Source of the DNA: Candidatus Methylomirabilota bacterium | Lineage (GTDB): Bacteria; Methylomirabilota; Methylomirabilia; Rokubacteriales; CSP1-6 | Assembly: GCA_046726415.1 (NCBI GenBank) | Contig: JBKPAK010000103.1 | Span: 15,597 to 79,596, forward strand | DNA: 64,000 nucleotides | Reading direction: 5' to 3' | In this document: one piece after another, positions 39,116 to 48,975 of the stretch | Layout of the letters: each line of letters begins with the position of its first letter | Numbering within the stretch: position 1 is the stretch's first letter | Program-made: the position numbers and the translations under genes | Notes under the pieces: generated by a model | What the model saw: only the letters and a program-made list of their open reading frames with translations | Databases searched by the model: none | What the model was told of the DNA's origin: nothing

Positions 39116-40132
39116 CTAGCGGTTGGTAGTACGGAACAGCTGGCGCCGATCCACCGATCGCACGGCGACGATGCGGATGGCCTCGTCGCGCACGATCGAG
39201 AGCGCGATCACGTCGCCGGCCCGCGCGCGCCAGAGCTGCTCGTAGAACTCTGCTTGAGCGCTCACCCTGACGCCGTTGACGGCGACGATGCGATCTCCCT
39301 TGCGGAGGCCGGCCCCCCGAGCGGGGCCGACGGCGGAGAAGCCGTCGATGATGATCCCGTCATCTCTCTCCAACGTGTAGAGGCCCAACCAGGGTCGGGG
39401 CGGGCGGCTCACCACGTGGCCGGCCGCGATCAATTCTTCCTTCACCGGCACGAACTTCTCGAGGGGAATGGCCAAGTTCACGTGCGGATGCGGCCCGAGG
39501 CGAAGTGACGCGATGGCGATCACGTCGCCGCGGGCGTCGACCACCGCGCTGCCGCCCCAGGAGGGGCTTCCGGGCGCGACGATGAACGCGCGATCGAGCA
39601 TGTACTCCCAGTACGCCGAGAAGCGGCGGATGGCTTGCAGCCCGCTCGCGACCCACACCAGGTTGCCGTCCTCGTCGACGCCCACGGTGCCCGTGAGGGC
39701 GCCCGGTGCGGCGTCACGCGACTGCCCGAGGGCGGCGACCGGCCACGGGCCGGCCTCCTCAAGCTTGACCACGCCCAGGCCGGAGTCGAAGTCGATGCCG
39801 ATCAGGCGCGCCGGCACGGTGCGGTCGTCGCGGGTTCGCGCTTCGATGGAGACGGCGTCGAGGAGTACATAGCTCACCGTCAGGGCAAAGCCACGGCTGT
39901 CGAAAATTACGCCGCTCGCGAAGCGCTCTGTGCCGAGCGTCGCCGCCGAGGGGCCATCCTCGCTCGCTCGGACCCGCAAACCAATGATGGCCGGCTGAAC
40001 GCGCTGCACGAACGAGGGCAGCGCGGAGAGTTGACGTGGGTCGAGTCGGTACTCGCGCGCGGCCGGCGTCGCGCCGACGAGTACGGGGAGAAGGACGGCC
40101 AGGGCGATCAGCAGCGCCGCGCGCCGTCGCAT
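39116..40132 (-). CDS. Trypsin-like (S1C) + PDZ protein with altered catalytic residues
   Basis: Signal peptide, SGVIF, RPWLGL + PDZ; LTVSYV and PSWGG replace LTNAHV and GNSGG. Confidence 0.8.
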   Translation of the reverse strand: MRRRAALLIALAVLLPVLVGATPAAREYRLDPRQLSALPSFVQRVQPAIIGLRVRASEDGPSAATLGTERFASGVIFDSRGFALTVSYVLLDAVSIEARTRDDRTVPARLIGIDFDSGLGVVKLEEAGPWPVAALGQSRDAAPGALTGTVGVDEDGNLVWVASGLQAIRRFSAYWEYMLDRAFIVAPGSPSWGGSAVVDARGDVIAIASLRLGPHPHVNLAIPLEKFVPVKEELIAAGHVVSRPPRPWLGLYTLERDDGIIIDGFSAVGPARGAGLRKGDRIVAVNGVRVSAQAEFYEQLWRARAGDVIALSIVRDEAIRIVAVRSVDRRQLFRTTNR

Positions 40133-40138
40133 GCTCCA

Positions 40139-40675
40139 CTACCCCCGCGCGATGTCCCACACATCAGCGCCCGCGAAGTCCCAAGGCAGCCGCCCTTCGT
40201 CGCAGAGGGCTGGATCGGCGGAGAACGGCTGGTCCACGAAATAGATCACATGGCCGGTGGCCAGTCCCAGATTCCGTATGCCATGGGCCACGCCCGGCGG
40301 GACGCGCAGGAGCCGGGAGCTTCCGCTCCCGAGGACGAGACGAACGCGAGTCCCTTCCGTCGGTGAGTGCTCGCGGACATCGAGGAGTACCACGAGCATG
40401 CGGTCGGAGGGGGGCACGTACCAGATATCCGTCTGGCGCTTGTGCAGGTGGAAGGCCTTGATCACCCCAGCTTCGATCTCGCTGTAGTTGATCTGACGCA
40501 TCGCGAAGCCGTCGAACGCCTCTGGGCGGCCATCCACCAGCCGAGCCAGTTCGGTGATGGATCCCCCGTCATCGGCATGGCGCTTCAGTTCGACAACCTG
40601 GACGCCGTCGATCTGGGGCGCCGGCGAATACGATTGCGTATAGAAGGCCCGCTTGGCATCCGAGGTGACGTTCAT
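40139..40675 (-). CDS. RmlC-like cupin (dTDP-4-dehydrorhamnose 3,5-epimerase family)
   Basis: DDGGSITE, GVIKAFHLH, DVREHSPT, VPPGVAHG. Confidence 0.85.
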   Translation of the reverse strand: MNVTSDAKRAFYTQSYSPAPQIDGVQVVELKRHADDGGSITELARLVDGRPEAFDGFAMRQINYSEIEAGVIKAFHLHKRQTDIWYVPPSDRMLVVLLDVREHSPTEGTRVRLVLGSGSSRLLRVPPGVAHGIRNLGLATGHVIYFVDQPFSADPALCDEGRLPWDFAGADVWDIARG

Positions 40676-40836
40676 CCGTGGGTCTACCTTTTGGGTTTTC
40701 GCGAGTATAGCAGTCACGCCGCCGCCTCGGTAGCCATGGTCGAGTCATATGCTGTTGACTCGATCGGAAATGCGGATGATCATGTGAGGGAGCGTCTCAT
40801 CGTTTCGATCGCGAGGAGAGGAGTGGAATCGCGCCG

Positions 40837-42063
40837 ATGAAGACCTTGAAAGAAATGATCGCCGAGGCCCGTGCAGTCGTTCCCGAGGAGGGGCCCGCGG
40901 ATCTGCGGCGCCGTATCGAAGCTGGAGAGCCGGTCAGCATCGTCGACGTGCGTGACCCTGACGAATACCGGGATGGCCATATCGAGCCGGCCACCAACAT
41001 CAGCCGGGGATTCCTGGAGTTTCGCATCGGAAGCGCTGTTCCCGATCCGTCGTCGACCGTCGTTCTCTATTGCCAGTCCGGCCTTCGCTCCGTCCTGGCG
41101 GCCAAAGCGCTTAAGGATCTTGGCTACGCGAACGTCATCAATCTCCAGGGCGGATACCAGAAGTGGGCGCAATCCGGATTCCCGGTGGTCAAGGACGTCG
41201 CGCTGACCACCGAGCAAATCCAGCGCTACAGCCGACATTTCCTCCTCTCCCAGGTGGGCGAGAAGGGGCAGCGCAAGCTGCTGCGCTCCAAGGTCCTGCT
41301 CATCGGCGCCGGCGGCCTGGGGTCGCCGACGGCCCTCTACCTGGCCGCGGCTGGCGTCGGCACTCTCGGGCTCATGGACGGCGACATCGTCGACATCACC
41401 AACCTGCAGCGGCAGATCCTGCACACGACGGCCGACGTCGGCAAGCCCAAGGTGGAATCGGGTACGCGAACGCTGAAGGCCCTGAACCCTGACGTCAACG
41501 TCATCGCCCTCCCCACGCGCATCACCGTCGACAACGTCAACGACATCATTGCCGACTACGACCTCGTCGTGGACGGCTCCGACAACTTCGAGACTCGCTA
41601 CCTCGTCAACGATGCATGTTACCTGGCCGGCAAGACCAACGTACACGGCTCGATCTTCCAGTTCGAGGGCATGGCGTCGGTGTTCGCCCCTAATCAGGGG
41701 CCGTGCTATCGCTGCCTCTATCCCTCTCCGCCGCCACCCGGCCTCGTACCCTCCTGAAGCGAGGCCGGTGTCCTGGGCGTGCTCCCAGGAGTGATCGGGC
41801 TGGTGCAGGCCACCGAAGCGGTGAAGCTTCTCCTCGGTATCGGCGACCCCCTCATCGGACGGCTCCTCACCTACGACGCCCTCGGCATGCGCTTCCGCGA
41901 GGTGCGTCTGAGGCGGGATCCGAAGTGCCCCCTGTGCGGGAATGCCCCCACCATCAAGGATCTGTCCATTCATCGGGAAGGGGCCGACGAAGCGTGCGCC
42001 GCGACTGAGAACGGCGACGGCCAGGTCGCGCTCGCTGGTACCCCGGTCCGCGCCGGCGCCTGA
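40837..42063 (+). CDS. moeB: Rhodanese-MoeB/ThiF adenylyltransferase, predicted selenoprotein (TGA 41755-41757 = Sec307)
   Basis: Rhodanese YCQSG; RYSRH, GAGGLG, NLQRQ, CYRC; in-frame TGA in VPS-U-SEAGVLG continues to CPLC; SECIS-like hairpin follows. Confidence 0.88.
41758..41798 (+). promoter_or_regulatory. Putative bacterial SECIS element
   Basis: TCCTGGG/CCCAGGA stem (41771-41790), loop CGTGCT 20 nt after TGA; lower CCGGT/ATCGG stem. Confidence 0.65.
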
Positions 42064-42133
42064 TCGTCCGTCCAGGCGCCTCCGCGGACCGGCCGGTGCG
42101 TCGGCCCCCACCGACAGGTATGCGACATCCGAG

Positions 42134-42634
42134 ATGAGTCGGCGCAGCGGGACCGAGTTGACCCCCGCGCTCGTCCAGCGCTTCTCGCAACGCGAACTTC
42201 GCAACCGGCTTGGCGCCGTGCTGCCCTTCGTCACCATCGATGGGCAGGGGCGGGCGCATCCGATGCTGCTCTCCTACCTCGAGATCCGGGCGTACGATTC
42301 GCGGACGCTGGGGCTGGTGATTCAGGCCCGCAGCGGGAGTGCACAGAACCTCGTCGAGCGGGGCGTGGGAACACTACTCGTCGTGGAGCCCGACGCCATT
42401 GTGTACGTGAAGACTCGGGCCATCGATGGGCCGCTGCCCGTTCCAGGCGGGGAGGAGGCGGGGCTGGGCTACTTCCTCCTCGAGGTCGAGGAGATCCTGG
42501 AGGACGTCGCGGCGGACTGGGAGACAGCAATGCGCATTACGGCCCCTGCTCAGTATCGGCCCGTACCCACGCTCGACGAGCCGTGGGCGCGCGCGACGCT
42601 CGACTCCCTCGCCTCACCCCGCGCGCGGGCCTGA
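42134..42634 (+). CDS. Pyridoxamine 5'-phosphate oxidase-like (FMN split-barrel) protein
   Basis: VTIDGQGRAHPMLLS..E, SGSAQNL..G..TL pattern. Confidence 0.65.
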   Translation: MSRRSGTELTPALVQRFSQRELRNRLGAVLPFVTIDGQGRAHPMLLSYLEIRAYDSRTLGLVIQARSGSAQNLVERGVGTLLVVEPDAIVYVKTRAIDGPLPVPGGEEAGLGYFLLEVEEILEDVAADWETAMRITAPAQYRPVPTLDEPWARATLDSLASPRARA

Positions 42635-42653
42635 GAGGGGGCCGGTGATGTCC

Positions 42654-43730
42654 CTAGCGCTCGCGGTAGAGACCGATCTCGACCTCGAGTTCCCTGCGCG
42701 TCCCCTCGCGCACGAGCCCGACCTTCACCTTCTTGCCCACCGGAGAAGAGGACACCAATCGCATGAGGTCGCGCGGCCCGTCCAGCGGCGCACCGTCCAG
42801 GGTGGTGAGGACGTCATTGGCCTTCAACCCACCCCGGTCGGCGGGCTCGCCGGGAATCACGCCGCGCACGAGCACGCCCTTCACCTCGGCCAGCTTCAGC
42901 CGCTCGGCATCTTCGTCGCTGACCTCGGTGATGCTCACTCCGAGCCAGCCCCATTCCACCTTGCCCTTGCTGGCGAGTTGGGGCACGAGCAGCGACACGA
43001 GGTTCGATGGAATGGCGAACCCGATCGTCCCGGTGCGGGCCGCCATGGTGTTGATACCGACGACCTCGCCGGCCATGTTGACGAGCGGGCCCCCGGAGTT
43101 GCCGGGATGGATCGCGGCGTCGGTTTGGATGAAGTCGAAGCCCGGGGCGGCCACCGCGATCGGCGCACCCTTTCGACTCACGATGCCGAAAGACACGGAG
43201 TGCTCGAGCCCGAAGGGGTGGCCGAGTGCCATCACGAATTCGCCCACCCGCAAGCGGTTGGCGTCGCCGAAGGTGAGCACGGGGAGCGGGCCCGCGCCTT
43301 CGATCCTGATCACGGCCAGATCCACGCGCGCGTCCTTGCCGAGCACGGCCGCCGTGAAGCGCCGCCCGTCAAAGGTTCGCACCTGGATCCAGTCGGCGCC
43401 GTCCACGACGTGCGCGTTGGTGACGATGATGCCACTGCGGTCGACGATGACGCCCGACCCCGTGGAACGCCGCGGGTCCCCGGGCTCCGCTTCCTCTTCT
43501 TTGGGTACGTTGGCCCGCCGGGCCCGAATGTGAACCAGCGCGGGCTTCAGCCGCTCGGCGAGGTCCGCCAGGATCTGGTTGAAGCGGGCCAACTCGGGCG
43601 GCACCGCCGCGGGGGCGGTGTCGACGGCCTTTGGATTCGCTGTCTGGGCGGCACCAGGAACGGCTGAGCCCACCAGGGCCGCGGCGAGAAGGGCGACAAC
43701 GAGGCGGGCGGAGAGCCCGGATGCACGCAT
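42654..43730 (-). CDS. HtrA/DegP-like serine protease with PDZ
   Basis: GSGVI, VTNAHVV, DLAVI, IQTDAAIHPGNSGGPL; GGGAGG SD before ATG 43730. Confidence 0.93.
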   Translation of the reverse strand: MRASGLSARLVVALLAAALVGSAVPGAAQTANPKAVDTAPAAVPPELARFNQILADLAERLKPALVHIRARRANVPKEEEAEPGDPRRSTGSGVIVDRSGIIVTNAHVVDGADWIQVRTFDGRRFTAAVLGKDARVDLAVIRIEGAGPLPVLTFGDANRLRVGEFVMALGHPFGLEHSVSFGIVSRKGAPIAVAAPGFDFIQTDAAIHPGNSGGPLVNMAGEVVGINTMAARTGTIGFAIPSNLVSLLVPQLASKGKVEWGWLGVSITEVSDEDAERLKLAEVKGVLVRGVIPGEPADRGGLKANDVLTTLDGAPLDGPRDLMRLVSSSPVGKKVKVGLVREGTRRELEVEIGLYRER

Positions 43731-43776
43731 GGAGAACCTCCCGTCGAGCAGTGTCGTCACAGTATAGCGCCAGCCC

Positions 43777-44301
43777 TCACCGGCTCACTTCGCGCACGAG
43801 GTGTGGCAGCTCCGGAATGAGCAGCTTCTCGAGCGCCAGCCGGCACGCATTTGGCGATCCGGGCAGAGACACGAGGATGCGCCCGGCGTGGATGCCCATC
43901 TGGGCGCGCGAGAGCATGGCGGCGGCGCCCACCTCCTGGTAGGAGAGGATCCGGAACAGCTCGCCGAAGCCGGGGAGTCGCTTCTCGAGCAGAGCCTCCA
44001 CCGCCTCGAACGTCGAGTCACGCGAGGTGATTCCGGTTCCCCCGGTGAGCACCACCGCGCGCACGGCCGGGTCGGCGCAGGCTTCCCGGACGATGCGCTG
44101 GACCTCGACGGGCTCGTCGCGCACGATGGCCGAGCCGAACACCGGGTGGCCGGCCGAGACCAGCAGCTCGCGGATCAAGGCGCCGCTGGTATCGGTTTCC
44201 GGCGTCTTCGTGTCGGAAATCGTCAGGACGAAGCAGCCCACGGTCTCGGGGGCGCTGGCCTTGTGCGCGCGAGGAGTCGCGGCGGGATCGGAGGCGCTCA
44301 T
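43777..44301 (-). CDS. moaB: Molybdenum cofactor biosynthesis protein MoaB/MogA
   Basis: LTISD, TGGTG...RD.T, PGFGE, SRA, LPGSP. Confidence 0.88.
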   Translation of the reverse strand: MSASDPAATPRAHKASAPETVGCFVLTISDTKTPETDTSGALIRELLVSAGHPVFGSAIVRDEPVEVQRIVREACADPAVRAVVLTGGTGITSRDSTFEAVEALLEKRLPGFGELFRILSYQEVGAAAMLSRAQMGIHAGRILVSLPGSPNACRLALEKLLIPELPHLVREVSR

Positions 44302-45617
44302 CCAGCGCCGTAGGCCCGATCGAGGAGCTCGACCAGGTGGAGCACGCGCACCCCTGATCCGCGCTCGCGCAACCCCTTCTCGATCTGCAGGATGCACCCC
44401 GGATTGGCCGTCACCACCGCCTCAGCGGCGGTAGCCAGGATGTGGTCGATCTTGCGCCGCAGGAGGCGAGCGGCCATCTCGAGTTCGGTGAGGTTGTAGA
44501 TGCCGGCCGAGCCACAGCACCAGTCGGACTCCGCGAGGGATACGACCTTCAGTGAGGGCACCTGGGCGAGCAACTGGCGCGGCTGATTCCGGATCTTCTG
44601 GCCGTGCACCACATGGCAAGGGTCGTGATACGCGACGGTCATCGGGACCGCCTGGAGCGGTCCCCGCAGCGGCTCACGGGCCAGGAATTCGGAGATGTCC
44701 TGGACGCCGGCCGCGAAGCGACGGGCGCGCGGTGCCCAGGTCGGGTCGCCCTCCAGCAAGGTGCCGTAGGCCTTCATGTGGGCGCCGCAGCCCGATGTGT
44801 TGACGACCACGGCGTCGACGCGTTCCCTCTCGAACGCCTCGATGGTTCGCCGGGCCATGATCAGTGCGCCTGCGTGCTCCCCGCCATGGGCGTTGAGGGC
44901 CCCACAACATCCCTGTCTCGACGGAACGACGACATCCACTCCGTTCCGCGCGAGGACCCGGGCCGTGGCCCGGTTGTGGGCACCGAACACCACGGACTGA
45001 ACACAGCCGGTGAGGAGCGCCACGCGTGCCCGGCGCGGTCCCTTCGCGGCGATCAGCCGCGGAAGCGCCCTTCGCTCGCGCGCGCCAGGAATGCGGGGCA
45101 TGAGCGCTTCCCAGGCGGGAAGCGCTCCCGGCAGCATGCGCACCAGACCGGTGGCGTTCGCCAGAGCTTGCGCGCCCGACACTTGATAGAAACGAAGCGC
45201 GGCGGCGGCCGTCCTCAGCATCGCCGGCCGACCCAGCAGAACGCCGAAGTTGAGCGACCGGAACAGCCGGCGAATGATTCCGCCGGGACGCCGATGCTCG
45301 ATCTCCGCCTTGGCGGCTTCGATGAGGCGCCCGTAGGGCACGCCAGCTGGGCAGACTGTCTCACAGGCGCGGCAGTCGAGGCACAGCGATAAGTGTCGCG
45401 CCGTCCCCGCGGACAGAGCAATGCGTCCCTCGGCCAGGGCCTTGATGAGGAAGATGCGCCCGCGGGGGGAGTCCATCTCCGTCCCGAGCTCAGCGAAGGT
45501 TGGACAGTAGGCCAGGCAAAGCCCGCAATGAACACACTGGTTGACGCCTTCCACCGACATGCCCTGTAGGGCAAGCGGACCGGGTTGGCGTGGCGCTTCG
45601 GAAACCATGTGCGCCAT
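44298..45617 (-). CDS. glcF: Glycolate oxidase Fe-S subunit
   Basis: CVHCGLC..CP, CLDCRACETVCP, two CCG motifs. Confidence 0.9.
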   Translation of the reverse strand: MAHMVSEAPRQPGPLALQGMSVEGVNQCVHCGLCLAYCPTFAELGTEMDSPRGRIFLIKALAEGRIALSAGTARHLSLCLDCRACETVCPAGVPYGRLIEAAKAEIEHRRPGGIIRRLFRSLNFGVLLGRPAMLRTAAAALRFYQVSGAQALANATGLVRMLPGALPAWEALMPRIPGARERRALPRLIAAKGPRRARVALLTGCVQSVVFGAHNRATARVLARNGVDVVVPSRQGCCGALNAHGGEHAGALIMARRTIEAFERERVDAVVVNTSGCGAHMKAYGTLLEGDPTWAPRARRFAAGVQDISEFLAREPLRGPLQAVPMTVAYHDPCHVVHGQKIRNQPRQLLAQVPSLKVVSLAESDWCCGSAGIYNLTELEMAARLLRRKIDHILATAAEAVVTANPGCILQIEKGLRERGSGVRVLHLVELLDRAYGAG

Positions 45618-45625
45618 GGCCGGCC

Positions 45626-46939
45626 CTAGATGCCGGCCACGAAGCGACCGGGGTTGAGGAGATTGGCCGGATCGAGCTGTGCCTTGATGCGCCGCATGAG
45701 ACGCCCGGCGGCGCCCAGGTCTTCCCACACCGACACTTCCGACTTCACGGCGAGTGGTGCCCACTCCAAGGTGGCGTGGCCACCGCCGGAATGGGCGAGA
45801 TCGCGCCACTCACCGAGCACCGAGGCCACTGATTTCAGATCCGGACGATCGCTTGTCGACCCGAGGGCGGCGGTCACCACGCCCACGCCCGCGTGCGAGG
45901 TCCAGGCCGTGCGGAATCCGCGCTGCTTGGCCACGCTCGCACCCTGCTCCATCAGCTCGGCCACGAGGGTCGGCAGGACATTGAAGCGCATGACGGCCGC
46001 GGCGGCACCCACCGAGGCGCGCGCCGGGAAGCCTCCCGGCGGAGGGCCACCGGCGAGGGGGACGATGCCATGCCCACCCAGCGGCCCGGTGACGGAGGCC
46101 AGCTCCCCGCATTGCCAGTCGACCTGCTCCGGTAAGCCGTCGAAGGCCACCACGAGCGTCGGGATCGCAACCGACGAGACGGCACGGCTCGCGTCGGCGT
46201 CCAGCAACTCCACAGCGCAGGGAATAAGGTCGGCACTCATCATGGCCCGGACGGCCGCGCTCGCATCCTTCAAGCGATCGAAGCGGACGCATACCCAGCG
46301 CTCCGCGTCGGGGACCGGCCGCAGCCTGACGGTCAGATCGACAATGACGCCGAGGGTCCCGTATGAACCGATGAAGAGCTTTGGCAGGTCGTAGCCCGCC
46401 ACGTTCTTGACCACCTTGCCGCCGCCGCGCACGATCGCGGCATCGCCGGTGACCACGGTGAGACCGATGAGCTGATCACGGGCAGTGCCGTAGAGATGGC
46501 GGCGCGGACCCGAGGCATTCGCCGCGACGACACCGCCTATGGTGGCGCGATCGGCGTCGGCCGGATCGAGCGACAGCCATTGTCCCCGCACGCGCAGTGC
46601 CGCTTGAAAGCGCGCGAGGGTCATGCCGGCTTGGACGGTGGCCGTCAGATCGCCGGGCTCATGCTCGATGATCTGGTCCAGGCGACCCAAACCGAGCACG
46701 ATGCCCATCCGGGCCGGAGGCGCGCCCACTGTGGCGGCTGTCCCTCCTCCCCACGGGATGAGGGTGCTGCCGCACTCTGCCGCGAGCGCCACCACGCTCC
46801 GCACCTCGTCCACCGACCGCGGGAATACTGCCGCATCGGGCGTCCGCCCCTCGATCACATAGGGGCACAGCTCGATCCCGGTGAGGACGTTGGTGGAGCC
46901 GACCAGGGCGCGGAGCTTTTCGATGACCGCGGGCTGCAT
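45626..46939 (-). CDS. glcE: Glycolate oxidase FAD subunit GlcE
   Basis: EPGDLTATVQAG, GGKVVKNVAGYDL, DP..LLNPGRF. Confidence 0.88.
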   Translation of the reverse strand: MQPAVIEKLRALVGSTNVLTGIELCPYVIEGRTPDAAVFPRSVDEVRSVVALAAECGSTLIPWGGGTAATVGAPPARMGIVLGLGRLDQIIEHEPGDLTATVQAGMTLARFQAALRVRGQWLSLDPADADRATIGGVVAANASGPRRHLYGTARDQLIGLTVVTGDAAIVRGGGKVVKNVAGYDLPKLFIGSYGTLGVIVDLTVRLRPVPDAERWVCVRFDRLKDASAAVRAMMSADLIPCAVELLDADASRAVSSVAIPTLVVAFDGLPEQVDWQCGELASVTGPLGGHGIVPLAGGPPPGGFPARASVGAAAAVMRFNVLPTLVAELMEQGASVAKQRGFRTAWTSHAGVGVVTAALGSTSDRPDLKSVASVLGEWRDLAHSGGGHATLEWAPLAVKSEVSVWEDLGAAGRLMRRIKAQLDPANLLNPGRFVAGI

Positions 46940-46959
46940 GAGAGCCACCGCGCCCGCGC

Positions 46960-48435
46960 CTAGAAGCGCTGGGCGAGGCCCTTCTCCTCGATGGCGTGAG
47001 GCCGGTAGGCCACGGGGCCGACCTCGATACAGGATTTTCGGGTGGGAAAGACCTTCCCCGGATTGCAGAGCCCCCGGGGATTGAACGCGTTCTTCAGTCG
47101 CTGCATCAGCTCGAGATCGGACGCCGAGAAGATGAACGGCATGAAATCGGCTTTCTCCAGACCGATGCCATGCTCCCCGGAGATCGACCCCCCCACCTCG
47201 GCGCACACCCTCATGATCTCCGCGCCGGCCGCCACGACCCGCTGCTCCTCGCCGGGCCGGCGCGGGTCGTAGAGGATATTGGGGTGCAGGTTGCCGTCGC
47301 CCGCGTGGAAGACGTTCCCCACCCGCAGCGCGTGCTCGGCGATAATCTCGTTGACTCGCCGGAGCACGTACGGCAGTCTTGTGCGCGGGATGACGCCGTC
47401 CATCACCATGTAGGCGGGGGAGAGGCGGCCATACGCCCCAAAAGCCGACTTGCGACCTTTCCAGAGAAGCTGGCGCTCGGCCTCATCCCGGGCCGTGCGG
47501 ATCTCCCGGGCGCCGACGTCCCGGCACGCCTGTACGATCCGCTCCACTTGCGCAGCCATGCCCACGGAGAGGCCGTCCAGCTCGATCAGGAGCGCAGCCG
47601 CCGCGTCGCGCGGATAACCGCACTGGAACGCGTCCTCTACGGCCTGGATCGTGAGGTGATCGATCATTTCCATCGCCGCCGGTACCAGTCCACGCGCAAT
47701 GACCGCGGAGACCGCCTCTGAGGCCCCGTTGACATCGTCGAAGATGGCCAGGACCGTCTTGACGGCCTGCGGCTTCTTGAGAATGCGAACCACGATGGCC
47801 GTGGCGATGCCGAAGGTGCCCTCGGAGCCGACGAAGACGCCGGCCAGATCGTACCCGGGCGCCTCGCGTGTCTTCCCCCCGAGCCAGACCACCTCGCCAT
47901 CAGGCATGACGACTTCGAGGCCCAAGACGTGGTTGGTGGTCACGCCGTACTTGAGCGTATGAGGCCCGCCCGAGTTGTTGGCGATGTTGCCCCCAATCGT
48001 GCAGGCCTGCTGGCTCGAGGGATCGGGCGCGTAGTAGTACCCTCGCGAACCCACGGCCCACGACAAGTGCAGGTTGACGAGTCCAGGTTGGACGACCGCG
48101 ATCTGGTTGTCGTAGTCGACCTCCAGCACGCGATTCATCCGCATCATCGAGATGACGATGCCCCCTTCCGCGGGCAAGCACCCACCGGATAGGCCGGTGC
48201 CCGCTCCTCGCGCCACGAAGGGAATCCCCTGCCGGTGAGCGAGCCGAACGACATCGGCCACCTGGGCCGTCTCGCGCGGAAATACGACGAAATCGGCCAG
48301 GGCGCGGAAGAGGGTGAGCCCATCCGATTCGTACGTCAGCAGCTCGTCTGGGTCGGCGAGAACGCCATCGCGGCCGAGGATCCCCTCCAACTCCGTCCGG
48401 AGACTGGCCTTGAGGCTGTCGGTCAGCGTGCTCAT
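46960..48435 (-). CDS. glcD: Glycolate oxidase FAD subunit GlcD
   Basis: RGAGTGLSGG, PDPSSQ, HAGDGNLHP, GEHGIG; start ATG 48435. Confidence 0.92.
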   Translation of the reverse strand: MSTLTDSLKASLRTELEGILGRDGVLADPDELLTYESDGLTLFRALADFVVFPRETAQVADVVRLAHRQGIPFVARGAGTGLSGGCLPAEGGIVISMMRMNRVLEVDYDNQIAVVQPGLVNLHLSWAVGSRGYYYAPDPSSQQACTIGGNIANNSGGPHTLKYGVTTNHVLGLEVVMPDGEVVWLGGKTREAPGYDLAGVFVGSEGTFGIATAIVVRILKKPQAVKTVLAIFDDVNGASEAVSAVIARGLVPAAMEMIDHLTIQAVEDAFQCGYPRDAAAALLIELDGLSVGMAAQVERIVQACRDVGAREIRTARDEAERQLLWKGRKSAFGAYGRLSPAYMVMDGVIPRTRLPYVLRRVNEIIAEHALRVGNVFHAGDGNLHPNILYDPRRPGEEQRVVAAGAEIMRVCAEVGGSISGEHGIGLEKADFMPFIFSASDLELMQRLKNAFNPRGLCNPGKVFPTRKSCIEVGPVAYRPHAIEEKGLAQRF

Positions 48436-48499
48436 CTGCGGGAAGTATACTCTACGGCGCGTCCTCCGGCTGAGCGAGGCCCTCGCTCCCCTCGGCCCC

Positions 48500-48886
48500 C
48501 ACTCACACGCCCGCCGAACGGTGTGGAGCATGATGCGGCGAATCAGCCCCCTAAAGGGTCGCACCAGGAGCCAGTACGCGCGGAACGTCCGCCGGGCGGC
48601 CGCCAGAATTGACCAGTGACTCCGAGAACGATCTGCCGCCCCGAATCCTCGGCCAGTCGACCGAAACCGGCGCCGATCAGGGCCTCCAGGGTCAGGTTCC
48701 GACGCGCGCTCCGATCATGGCCCGTCCGGATCCACGCCGGCAGAGACTGCAAGGCCCAGCAGTGCCTTGACCACCGGAGACCTGCCCAGATCCGAGTGCT
48801 CGCTAGATGGCGTCGGGCGGGGCAGCGATCTCGATCCAGTGGGTCTCCACGGCGTCCGGATTCGGGGCGGGTGCGTCGATCAGCAT
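48500..48886 (-). pseudogene. Decayed conserved hypothetical gene
   Basis: MLIDAPAPNPDAVETHWIEIAAPPDAI* (TAG 48803-48805), then frame-shifted DLGRSPVVKALLGL, IVLGVTGQFWRP and RRTFRAYWLLVRPFRGLIRR fragments with an internal deletion. Confidence 0.65.
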
Positions 48887-48975
48887 CGCGCGCGACGAGT
48901 GCCTCACCTCCGCTCCCTAGGACAGGACATAGGCTACCCTAATCTCAGCGACATCTCCCACGCCGGAGGCACCCG

